DNA of 64,000 nucleotides from a virus: IMG/VR virus record IMGVR_UViG_3300025127_000022, positions 12,276 through 76,275 of that record; one strand, written 5' to 3'. Shown piece by piece: positions 9,562 through 18,105 of the stretch (positions are counted from its first letter, which is position 1; each line of letters opens with the position of its first letter). A program made the position numbers and the translations under genes. The notes below the pieces were generated by a model. The model was not told the DNA's origin. It made no database searches and was given only the letters and a program-made list of their open reading frames with translations.

Positions 9562-10275
9562 ATGAAAACAGGTTTATTAGACATATTAAAAGAATCTATA
9601 AATGAAGGTGGGGTCAAAAAAGACCTTTACACTAATTTAAAATTATCTAAACGTAATGAATTTTACGAAGAAGATGATTTAACACAGATACCACTAAGCC
9701 CACAAGAAAAATATGATAGAGAGGTAACTGAACTAAGAGTTAAAAATGATAAACTATTCGAAAAAAAATTAAGGCATTATTTTACTTATTTACAACGTTT
9801 AGGTGGGATGGACGAAGTAAAAAATTCATTAGAAACTCATCCTGATGGCACAAGAAATGTCCCCGCTTATAAAGATGCGATAGGTGGATTAAAATTAGTT
9901 GGATTTAATCCTGAATATTATAGACCCTTATCTATGGACTTAATGGATAAAATTTACGTGTTAGTCGTTAATTATATACACAATGGTGGAGACAGTAGAA
10001 ATTTTATGGAAGGACCTTTAGACATTATACCCGCTAAACAGTGGGACGTAGATACCGATTACTCAGAAGACGTGATTGAATATGGAACGTCTTTTGGTTC
10101 CGCGTATGGTGATAATGAAGAGCGTGTTAAAGAACTGGTGTTAGCTCATCCATGGCATTTCGAACAAGATAGAGAGACTCACGACCATGATTATGTGGGG
10201 GACTACAAAAGCAAAAAAATAACAAATCTATCAGTTAAGGACATTAAATTAGTAAGACAAGCATTTGAACGATGA
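9562..10275 (+). CDS. late hypothetical protein, probable paralog of 12747..13556
   Basis: TATTTATA at 9549-9556 then ATG 9562 (ORF track starts at 9526); leader MKTGLLDILKESINE. Confidence 0.7.
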   Translation: MKTGLLDILKESINEGGVKKDLYTNLKLSKRNEFYEEDDLTQIPLSPQEKYDREVTELRVKNDKLFEKKLRHYFTYLQRLGGMDEVKNSLETHPDGTRNVPAYKDAIGGLKLVGFNPEYYRPLSMDLMDKIYVLVVNYIHNGGDSRNFMEGPLDIIPAKQWDVDTDYSEDVIEYGTSFGSAYGDNEERVKELVLAHPWHFEQDRETHDHDYVGDYKSKKITNLSVKDIKLVRQAFER

Positions 10276-10463
10276 AAAATATAGAAAACAAAATTAAAAG
10301 AATGAGGAAATTAATGTTGGAGTCTGAAGGTAGCCCTGAAGAAAACGACTTTATAGATGGTGTCAGAGACATATTAAAAAAACAGAAAGAGAACAAGGAT
10401 GAGAACGCTTATTACGATGATTTCCAAAAACTATTCAAAAAATTAGACATACCTTTTCATTAA
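10272..10463 (+). CDS. small protein with class-B-like leader
   Basis: MKNIENKIKRMRKLMLESE. Confidence 0.6.
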   Translation: MKNIENKIKRMRKLMLESEGSPEENDFIDGVRDILKKQKENKDENAYYDDFQKLFKKLDIPFH

Positions 10464-10501
10464 ATTTGATTTTTAAGTTAAAGTTACTTATATTTTAAGT
10501 A

Positions 10502-10675
10502 ATGAAGTTAAGTAAAAAAAATAAAAAAATCTTGGGGGTCTGTGGTGGTATCGCTAAAAAACTAAATGCCGACCCAGGACTCACAAGATTTGTATTTATA
10601 ATATTATTTTTATATCCAGGAACACCAGCTATATTAATTTATTTAATATTCTGGTTAATAATGGAAAAAAATTAA
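10502..10675 (+). CDS. pspC: PspC-domain membrane protein (57 aa, not in ORF track)
   Basis: MKLSKKNKKILGVCGGIAKKLNADPGLTRFVFIILFLYPGTPAILIYLIFWLIMEKN matches the PspC GVCGGIA...D...R...IY...W pattern. Confidence 0.85.
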   Translation: MKLSKKNKKILGVCGGIAKKLNADPGLTRFVFIILFLYPGTPAILIYLIFWLIMEKN

Positions 10676-11142
10676 AAATCACCAGGAGCAACTTGCATAC
10701 AAGTTAAACCATTTTTTCTCCACATATCCACAACCTTTTGACGGTCATCGAAAACAGCTACAATTCTATCTCTTATATCACCAGGAAATAAGTCGTCTAA
10801 CCAGTGTTGTTTTAATTCATCATCTGGCATGTACATCCACTCCTTACTTGTAGGTCTCATTTTAATAATGTGGTAAGGTACGTTATTTCTATTTAACCAA
10901 GATTTAGTAGTTAATTGTGTTCCTTTACTTCTCCCAGATAAAATTGCAATCATATGACCAGACTCTGCTAAGACTTGTGCCATTTTAATTACTGCAGGGT
11001 TAGGTTTATCTAATTTAATGTTTTCAGGGTCAAAAAATTTATCCCAATCCATTTTACCATTATCTTTTGTAGATAATTTTCTTCTCTCTTCGATGTTAGC
11101 GAGAGTACCGTCCAAATCAAATATTACCCAAGAATCTTTCAT
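10672..11142 (-). CDS. HAD phosphatase, polynucleotide 3'-phosphatase-like (T4 PseT C-terminal type)
   Basis: IFDLDGTLA, LSGR, MRP...D..LK, FDDRxxVVxMWR motifs; host-type promoter at 11177-11184. Confidence 0.85.
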   Translation of the reverse strand: MKDSWVIFDLDGTLANIEERRKLSTKDNGKMDWDKFFDPENIKLDKPNPAVIKMAQVLAESGHMIAILSGRSKGTQLTTKSWLNRNNVPYHIIKMRPTSKEWMYMPDDELKQHWLDDLFPGDIRDRIVAVFDDRQKVVDMWRKNGLTCMQVAPGDF

Positions 11143-11347
11143 TTTTTGTTTTTGTTTTAAAAATTATTAATCAATACAAATATAAAAAAAAATTATCATT
11201 TGACCTAATTTATCTTAAAAAAACTTAATAAGTCTACCCTACCCCCTATTTATATAATATATAAGTAGAAATACGTACACCTTCCTTACGTGTTTATAAG
11301 GGACATTTATCTACTATAAGTGTCTATAAAGTTAAAAAAAATATATT

Positions 11348-12199
11348 ATGAAAAAGTTACTCCTCGTACTACTATTGTTAGTACCATTTCTAGCTAAAAC
11401 TCAATGTAATAACGGAACAAATTATTATCCATCTTCAATATACACCCCAACACCTGATACTTGGGGGTATGCCTCTACATGTAACTGGGCAGGAGAAGTA
11501 ATGAGAATGAATATTGTATCAGGAGACTCATATCAATTTTCTACTTGTGATAATTATGGAGGTGTGCTTGCAAGCTATGATACACAAATCACTTTACGTG
11601 ATGGTAGTGGTACATTATTAGCATATAATGATGACTTTTCTGGTTGTTCTGGGTTTTCATCTTACTTGAATTGGACAGCAACTTATACAGGTGTATTATA
11701 TGTTCATTTGAATGAATACAATTGTGCAACAAATATGGTATGTACAAGAATAATGGTATACCGAACAGAACCTATATCATTACCTATTACATTACATTAC
11801 TTTGATGCATTTCACATAGACAATATCGATAATACAATTCAAATAGAATGGATAACATATTCTGAACAAAACAATGATTATTTCACCGTATTAAAATCTT
11901 ATGATGGATATGAATGGTCTGAATTATGTAAGGTACCTGGTGCTGGAAATTCTAATATGGAATTATCATATTCAGTAAGAGATACAAATCCTCGACCAGG
12001 TGTACAATATTACAAATTACGACAAACCGATTATGATGGGCAGTGGGAAGAATTCGATGTTGTATCAGTAATAATCAAAACAGAACGTAAAGAAATTGTA
12101 AGAGCTTACAATCAAATGGGTCAAGAAGTTGGTATAGATACTAAAGGCCTCTTATTTCTAGTGTGGGATAATGGTGATGTAACAAAAATTATAAACTAA
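11348..12199 (+). CDS. secreted Bacteroidota-type protein with probable short T9SS-like C-terminal domain
   Basis: Signal peptide; PPC-like YQFSTC...DTQITL...AYNDD; LPITLxYF...IEWxTxSExNNDYF...YYKLRQTDYDG domain; YNQMGQEV...G..TKII end. Confidence 0.7.
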   Translation: MKKLLLVLLLLVPFLAKTQCNNGTNYYPSSIYTPTPDTWGYASTCNWAGEVMRMNIVSGDSYQFSTCDNYGGVLASYDTQITLRDGSGTLLAYNDDFSGCSGFSSYLNWTATYTGVLYVHLNEYNCATNMVCTRIMVYRTEPISLPITLHYFDAFHIDNIDNTIQIEWITYSEQNNDYFTVLKSYDGYEWSELCKVPGAGNSNMELSYSVRDTNPRPGVQYYKLRQTDYDGQWEEFDVVSVIIKTERKEIVRAYNQMGQEVGIDTKGLLFLVWDNGDVTKIIN

Positions 12200-12576
12200 T
12201 GAAAAATTTAATTTTAACTATAATTTTATTGGTCTGTGGCGTATCTTATGGACAATACCACGGTGTTGACTGGAATACCCAGGATAATTGCCAACATCAA
12301 ACAATAATATATTACGATAACGGACATATAAAAGAAGTAGGTTGTCATAATAATGATTTAAAAAAAACAGGACAATGGCATATGTACGCACCGAACGGTG
12401 AAAGAATTGCACTTGCAGGATTTGACCATCATGGTAAAAAACACGGTGAGTGGATGATATGGGATGACCAAGGTAAACTTAAAGCTCATATGATTTACGA
12501 ACACGGAAAAAGAACTGGTGTGTGGAAAGCCTATTTAAGTGATGGTACTGTCCAAAAAAGAAAATATAAAGATTAA
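12199..12576 (+). CDS. exported MORN2-repeat (YwqK-like) protein
   Basis: Signal peptide; repeated YYDNG, KKTGQW, KKHGEW and KRTGVW units. Confidence 0.75.
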   Translation: MKNLILTIILLVCGVSYGQYHGVDWNTQDNCQHQTIIYYDNGHIKEVGCHNNDLKKTGQWHMYAPNGERIALAGFDHHGKKHGEWMIWDDQGKLKAHMIYEHGKRTGVWKAYLSDGTVQKRKYKD

Positions 12577-12651
12577 TTTTTTTAGGTCCAACCCAGACTT
12601 TTGCGAAAAAATCCTATATATATTATAGCAGCATGCGTTAAAGCAAAAAGA

Positions 12652-12683
12652 AAAAAAGCAAGTTTTAAATAGCTTGCTTTTTT
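12652..12683. terminator. bidirectional intrinsic terminator-like hairpin
   Basis: aaaaaagcaag-ttttaaatag-cttgctttttt. Confidence 0.6.
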
Positions 12684-12746
12684 AATGCTTGGAAAATCCA
12701 AAATTAATTTTTCATTTTATATGTTTAATAGAACTATTTATAAGAT

Positions 12747-13556
12747 ATGAAAAACGACATCCGTAAAGTTTTAAGAGAATACTGGGACAACCAACCAGAT
12801 AAATGGGGGTTGTTAGAAATGGATGTTCGTGCTCTTACCGATAGAATTATTGAACGTCACAAAGATAACTGGGACGGGGACCAATACGCTGTTATTGATG
12901 CAATACAACAAGTATTTGAAGGTATGTTCGAAAAAGTACCAATTAATGAAGTCGTAGATACTGTTGGTGGTGGAGAAGAAAAGTTAAAAGACTCTGGTAA
13001 TACTCTTATCGGGTCACAACACTATAGAGGTTATGGTGAGAATACGGGTTATTACGCTGAAACTATAAATAAAGATATGTTTTTTAACCTAATAAAAGCA
13101 ATCGTCCAGTATACCCCTTGGGAAAAAATAGAAGAACTTAATGATGATGAAGCGTGGCGTTGGTCGGAAGTTATAAACCCCATAGTTAAAGTATTTGGTA
13201 TTAAAGATATAAACTATTCACCAGACGGATTAGGTACAAGAATTTGGTTTACAATTAAAAACCCTAAAAATTATGATGGTATAAAAGATGGTACCATCAC
13301 TAACGTTAATGGATTAGAAATACCTGAAAGAAAAACTTTTGAAGTTTATATGGAACAAACTGAGAGGGAAAATGTAAGTTATAGATATACTGTAACTGTT
13401 GAAGGTTATGATGAAGACGCTGTTTATAGTGCAGTAGAATACGATGAAGATGGTGAATATAATTGGTATGACTATGAAGACAGTAAAGGTTTTGATAGGG
13501 AAGTGTATGATGGAGAGTCAATGGAAAAAGAAGTTATATCCATAAAAGAAGTATAA
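12747..13556 (+). CDS. late hypothetical protein with leader
   Basis: TATTTATA at 12735-12742; MKNDIRKVLRE; internal PINE site. Confidence 0.75.
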   Translation: MKNDIRKVLREYWDNQPDKWGLLEMDVRALTDRIIERHKDNWDGDQYAVIDAIQQVFEGMFEKVPINEVVDTVGGGEEKLKDSGNTLIGSQHYRGYGENTGYYAETINKDMFFNLIKAIVQYTPWEKIEELNDDEAWRWSEVINPIVKVFGIKDINYSPDGLGTRIWFTIKNPKNYDGIKDGTITNVNGLEIPERKTFEVYMEQTERENVSYRYTVTVEGYDEDAVYSAVEYDEDGEYNWYDYEDSKGFDREVYDGESMEKEVISIKEV

Positions 13557-13580
13557 AGATTTTAAAAGTATTTATATAAT

Positions 13581-14183
13581 ATGAAAAGAAAAGTCACAAA
13601 TAACGACATTAGAAAAGCCATTAGGGGAGTTATAAATGAAGGACATAGTTCGTATATGGCTAAGTCTCAGTTATACAACATCGCTAGAAAAGCACAAAGT
13701 ATGTACGACCAATTAGAAAAGGGTGAACCTTTGGAAGATTGGATGGAATCTAATATTGCAAAAATGGACAATATGATGGACAGTGTTAGTGACGCTTTCT
13801 CATATGACCAACACCAGGAGAGAAGTTGTCCAGATGGAATGTACTGGTGTAATGAAGACCAAATTTGTAAACCTGACTCACAAGATATGAGTATTATGGT
13901 TTCTACACAGGAAATGAATGAAGCTATAGGTTTTACTAAAAGTTATGAGGGTGAGTTAAAGACTCATATGGATGCTTTTATTAACATTGTATGTGGTTAT
14001 ATAAAAGAACAAGTAAGTAAAAAATCTATGTATGGGGATGAAGTGATAGTACAAAGATTATATCAGTTATTAGCTGAGGGAGGAGAACTACATTCTCCAG
14101 TACAAGAACTTATAGATATAATAGATAACTTACCTAATAAAGACCAAGGACCGATGGGTTTTAGAATAGGACAAAATTATTAA
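13581..14183 (+). CDS. late hypothetical protein with leader
   Basis: TATTTATA at 13569-13576; MKRKVTNNDIRKAIRGVINE. Confidence 0.75.
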   Translation: MKRKVTNNDIRKAIRGVINEGHSSYMAKSQLYNIARKAQSMYDQLEKGEPLEDWMESNIAKMDNMMDSVSDAFSYDQHQERSCPDGMYWCNEDQICKPDSQDMSIMVSTQEMNEAIGFTKSYEGELKTHMDAFINIVCGYIKEQVSKKSMYGDEVIVQRLYQLLAEGGELHSPVQELIDIIDNLPNKDQGPMGFRIGQNY

Positions 14184-14185
14184 AA

Positions 14186-15466
14186 ATGACAAAAATTTTA
14201 ATCTCAGAAAAACAATTAGAAAGACTAAGTAAAATAGTTTTAAAAGAACAGAATAGACCTGTTACTGTAAGTCCAGGAGAATTGGTTCAGATGTATATGA
14301 CAAACGACTTAAATAAAATTCTTTTAAGTAAACAAGATGAACTCGCGGGACAATATTTTATAGCTATTGTTGGGAATGATGAACAAATACAATTAAGATA
14401 TGGTGAAAATGGTAGTGAAGGAGCTGAATTTGAAATGGAAGATTTTGGTACGAGAGGAAAAAGATTTAGACTACCCATTGGTAGATGGTCTATAACAGTA
14501 CCTACTAACGATATTGATTTAATAGCTGAATTAGAAAATTCAGAACCTTATGGGAAAGATTATAAAGCGTTTTTTGCTGTTAATGACGATTTAACTAATT
14601 ACGTTAAAAGAGAAATAAATAGAGTTAAAGTTAAATTTTTATTCTATATAGATAGACAAGCATCTAGTGACGGTTTCGGAGGTTTTACATTTTACCAATT
14701 ACCAGGGAGGAAAAAACCTAAAGGGGTACCCATAGTTAATTTAGGGCAATCTTTCCCTATAACTGAAATTACTCCACTAGGAAGTAAAAGAGGTTCGAGA
14801 GCTAATACGATGGGACTCAAACTTGGTAAAAGAATTTACGGTGAGGTTTATGGTTCAGGACTACAAGCAAAACTCGAAAGATTACAATTAACTATCCCAG
14901 CTGAATTATTACCCCAAAAACCAGGAGGCGACCCAATAACAACACCAGATATACCAGAAGAAGATATCATCATACCTATATTTTCAGTTGTGGGTGCTAA
15001 TTTACCATATGCGGATAATATGATTATGCCTTACTTTAACAAATATCCACAAGCTGAAGAACATTTTGGTAAAATAGTTGAAGCTTTTGTAAAATATATA
15101 AATGCGGGTGGTGGTGACAAACTTACTAATGTAACTATTAAAGGTAGTGCAGATTCAGCAGCACCAAATGAAAAGGTTCCTAGTGGCTATAATAAATTAG
15201 ACCATCCAGGAGGTAAACTTTTCGGTGGAATTCCAAAAACTGACTTAAAAGGAAGAAACCAATGGTTGGCAGATAATAGAGCAAAACAATACGCTAATGC
15301 TTTAATTACAGCCATTAAGGATAGAACTGGATTTGATTTGAAGATAGAAGTATTACCTGGAGATAACTACTATGGTCAAGGAAGTAGTAAACGAGGTCAG
15401 GAATATAGAAAAATTACATTAACACCAAACGCTCCAACACACAAGGGTCCATCACAGAAAAAATAA
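14186..15466 (+). CDS. leader-bearing protein with C-terminal OmpA-like peptidoglycan-binding domain
   Basis: MTKILISEKQL...VLKE; VTIKGSAD...NQWLADNRA...YRKITL pattern. Confidence 0.6.
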   Translation: MTKILISEKQLERLSKIVLKEQNRPVTVSPGELVQMYMTNDLNKILLSKQDELAGQYFIAIVGNDEQIQLRYGENGSEGAEFEMEDFGTRGKRFRLPIGRWSITVPTNDIDLIAELENSEPYGKDYKAFFAVNDDLTNYVKREINRVKVKFLFYIDRQASSDGFGGFTFYQLPGRKKPKGVPIVNLGQSFPITEITPLGSKRGSRANTMGLKLGKRIYGEVYGSGLQAKLERLQLTIPAELLPQKPGGDPITTPDIPEEDIIIPIFSVVGANLPYADNMIMPYFNKYPQAEEHFGKIVEAFVKYINAGGGDKLTNVTIKGSADSAAPNEKVPSGYNKLDHPGGKLFGGIPKTDLKGRNQWLADNRAKQYANALITAIKDRTGFDLKIEVLPGDNYYGQGSSKRGQEYRKITLTPNAPTHKGPSQKK

Positions 15467-16000
15467 CTACTTGTTAAAATTTTCGGTTGGGAACATCTGA
15501 ACAGCTATTATTAAATTTAATTTTTGATTATAAGTAATGTAGTGTCCATAATAAGATGTGAATGTTTTTCCTTTATTAAAAACGTCATGAACTTCTGTTA
15601 GAACATTCATTCTGTGATAGGTAGAACTCATAAAATTATTATGGATTCTTTGAGCGATTTCTAAACTTGTTTGAGTACTATCATAATTAAAGGCTGTGAT
15701 ATTCTCTGAAGAGATAATATATTTTAAATCACTACTAATTTTAATTCTGTCATCTGGAAACTCATATAATGGATTTTCATTTGTGTGTGCGATTTTTTTA
15801 CGGGTATCAACATTACTTAAATATACCGCTTGAATTTTTGCCCCGTTATTAATCAACGTATCGGTTGCAAATGCACTTAATCCCCTACTAGACCTTTCTT
15901 TATTTATTACATTTAATAAATGTGTTTCTATCTCAGTAAAATTTTGAGAGTAACTTAAATTACAAACAAATGTTAATATGATTATTAGTATATTTTTCAT
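15467..16000 (-). CDS. secreted CAP/SCP-domain protein
   Basis: Signal peptide; INKERSSRGL, AH, ENI and FMSSxxHRxNVL motifs. Confidence 0.8.
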   Translation of the reverse strand: MKNILIIILTFVCNLSYSQNFTEIETHLLNVINKERSSRGLSAFATDTLINNGAKIQAVYLSNVDTRKKIAHTNENPLYEFPDDRIKISSDLKYIISSENITAFNYDSTQTSLEIAQRIHNNFMSSTYHRMNVLTEVHDVFNKGKTFTSYYGHYITYNQKLNLIIAVQMFPTENFNK

Positions 16001-16074
16001 ACTACAAATATAAAAAAAATTTTGATATAAACCAAGGAATTGGAGGATACTTATAAAAATTTGGTAAGTTAATA

Positions 16075-17412
16075 TTAAGATATTGACTTACAAGGGTTAA
16101 ACGCTTTTCCTAGAGGTCTTTCATTTCCAGAAACATCTCCACTAATTTTTCCGTAAGGTTCTTTCGGACCATAAATTATTTTTTCTAATTTTCCATTTCT
16201 ATCTACAGTGTACGCACATATCATAGGTGCATCACCATGGTATCCTTTTGTTTGACCTTTATCACTTCTTGTTAAACTACCTTGTTTACCCTCTATACTT
16301 AATTGTAATAAACCTGTAGGTGATTTTTCTATCATTTGTTTTAATAATTTGTCGTTAACTGCAAATACATTAACAGCTGACTCTCCCTCACCACCTCTTC
16401 CTGGTTCTGTTGGGGGTGGTTTACTAGGGGAAATTCTTTTGATTAAATTAGGATTATCTGATTTAGAAATACCCAGTCTAGTTCCACTCTTTTTCTTAAA
16501 GTACCCCTGACCGTTATTCATATTAGCAATACCGACTTCCACCCCATTACATTTAATATTAAAGGTAGCAAAATCACAACCATGTTCTCTACTACTTGCT
16601 GGTACAGTAATCCCATCAATAGTCTCACCACCACCACCTTTTTTAAAATAACCTACAATTATTCTTAGTCCACTAGCACATTTAAATAATTTTTCTTTTT
16701 GACCCGCACTAATTGAAAACCCGGCAAAAAAAGTAATGTCAACATATTGTCCAGGGTTGGGATACTTTGAAACATCTCTTTTTTCATCAATACAACCTCC
16801 AGTATCAGTAATTTTTGCGGTTATGTTTTGAGGAGTAATTTCATTCTTTACTGCAAATCCTATATCTTTACCTTTCTTTTTAATTGTACTAATTAATTTT
16901 TTCCATCTGTTTTCTGCATAACCCAGATTTTGGTCCCATCTTGTATTACCCGCTTTAGGTAAAGTTTCAAATGGGGGTTGGGAAAGCTCTACATCTGTAT
17001 ATTCCTTTCCTACATTATTATAAGTGGGTTGTAAAGCATATTCATTGTAGTTACTAGCGGACCCCACAACTCGTTGAACAGTGAGTACATCTATACTATG
17101 AGTATCTAAAAAATTTTTATTTTTAGGGAGTTGTTCTATCAATTTTTGTTTTACCATTAACAATGCTTTTTCATAAACTTTTTCACTAGATATGGTAGCT
17201 CCAAAGTAAGCTGTAAATCTAATTTTACACCTTTCTGGCTTACCATCATCACCTTTACTAACGGCTACGGTACGGAGCTTAGGGTCTGGAATATTATTAC
17301 TTCCACTACAATTACCATATTTTTCTTCTTGCTCAGTAATGGTTTCACCTATATTATAATCTATAAGTGATTTCATTTTTCTGATTTCGTTCTCTACTAA
17401 ATGTCTTTTCAT
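16075..17412 (-). CDS. class-B leader protein with a possible divergent OmpA-like segment
   Basis: MKRHLVENEIRKMKSLIDYNIGETITEQ; VVGSASN...NLGYAENR...GQYVDI. Confidence 0.55.
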   Translation of the reverse strand: MKRHLVENEIRKMKSLIDYNIGETITEQEEKYGNCSGSNNIPDPKLRTVAVSKGDDGKPERCKIRFTAYFGATISSEKVYEKALLMVKQKLIEQLPKNKNFLDTHSIDVLTVQRVVGSASNYNEYALQPTYNNVGKEYTDVELSQPPFETLPKAGNTRWDQNLGYAENRWKKLISTIKKKGKDIGFAVKNEITPQNITAKITDTGGCIDEKRDVSKYPNPGQYVDITFFAGFSISAGQKEKLFKCASGLRIIVGYFKKGGGGETIDGITVPASSREHGCDFATFNIKCNGVEVGIANMNNGQGYFKKKSGTRLGISKSDNPNLIKRISPSKPPPTEPGRGGEGESAVNVFAVNDKLLKQMIEKSPTGLLQLSIEGKQGSLTRSDKGQTKGYHGDAPMICAYTVDRNGKLEKIIYGPKEPYGKISGDVSGNERPLGKAFNPCKSIS

Positions 17413-17414
17413 AA

Positions 17415-18020
17415 TTAATCAAATAATCCCATAGCCTTATAAACTTCGTATGCTGAAACTGGACTATTACCACCTACTGACCAGTAATCTATATCTTGTG
17501 GGTGAACACCATATTGTTTGTAGTCATATATAGAAGCTCTAACACCATTGTCAAATTCAATGTCCCATTCCACCTGTGTTTTACCATCTGGGGAAGACTG
17601 GTCCCAGGTTGGTGGTCCGAATACTCTGACAATATCATCCATGTAAATACCTTCCAGTTCACCTTGTCTACTACCACCCACAAAAGGTAACCCTCTTTGG
17701 GGAGTACCAACTATAAAACCTCTAGGTTGTAATTCAAATTCCAAGTCTTCTAAATCCCAATCTGAAGACATAGGGTCGTAAGATTCAATAAATAACGAAA
17801 ATAACATATCTATTACCTTACGGTCATTACTAAAACCAAATAACTTAGCCTCATCCTCTATTAACTTATGTAGTGAAGAACTAAATCTATAAGTGTGTGC
17901 TTGACCTGGATGGGTTAACCTACCATCTTCATGTATGGAATCTAGGTCTTCCGCCATTTCTATATTCATTTTAGGTCTAATGTGCCTAAATAATTGTTGT
18001 ATAGTTTTAATATTGTTCAT
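17415..18020 (-). CDS. late hypothetical protein
   Basis: Minus-strand TATTTATA at 18026-18033; C-terminal domain FGPP...DGKTQVEW...IYDYK...WSVGG. Confidence 0.7.
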   Translation of the reverse strand: MNNIKTIQQLFRHIRPKMNIEMAEDLDSIHEDGRLTHPGQAHTYRFSSSLHKLIEDEAKLFGFSNDRKVIDMLFSLFIESYDPMSSDWDLEDLEFELQPRGFIVGTPQRGLPFVGGSRQGELEGIYMDDIVRVFGPPTWDQSSPDGKTQVEWDIEFDNGVRASIYDYKQYGVHPQDIDYWSVGGNSPVSAYEVYKAMGLFD

Positions 18021-18105
18021 TTAAATATAAATACCCTAACTCTTTATTAAAATTTTTCCTTTGTGAGGTATATTTATAGTAAAATAAAATCATTAACCAA
18101 ATATA

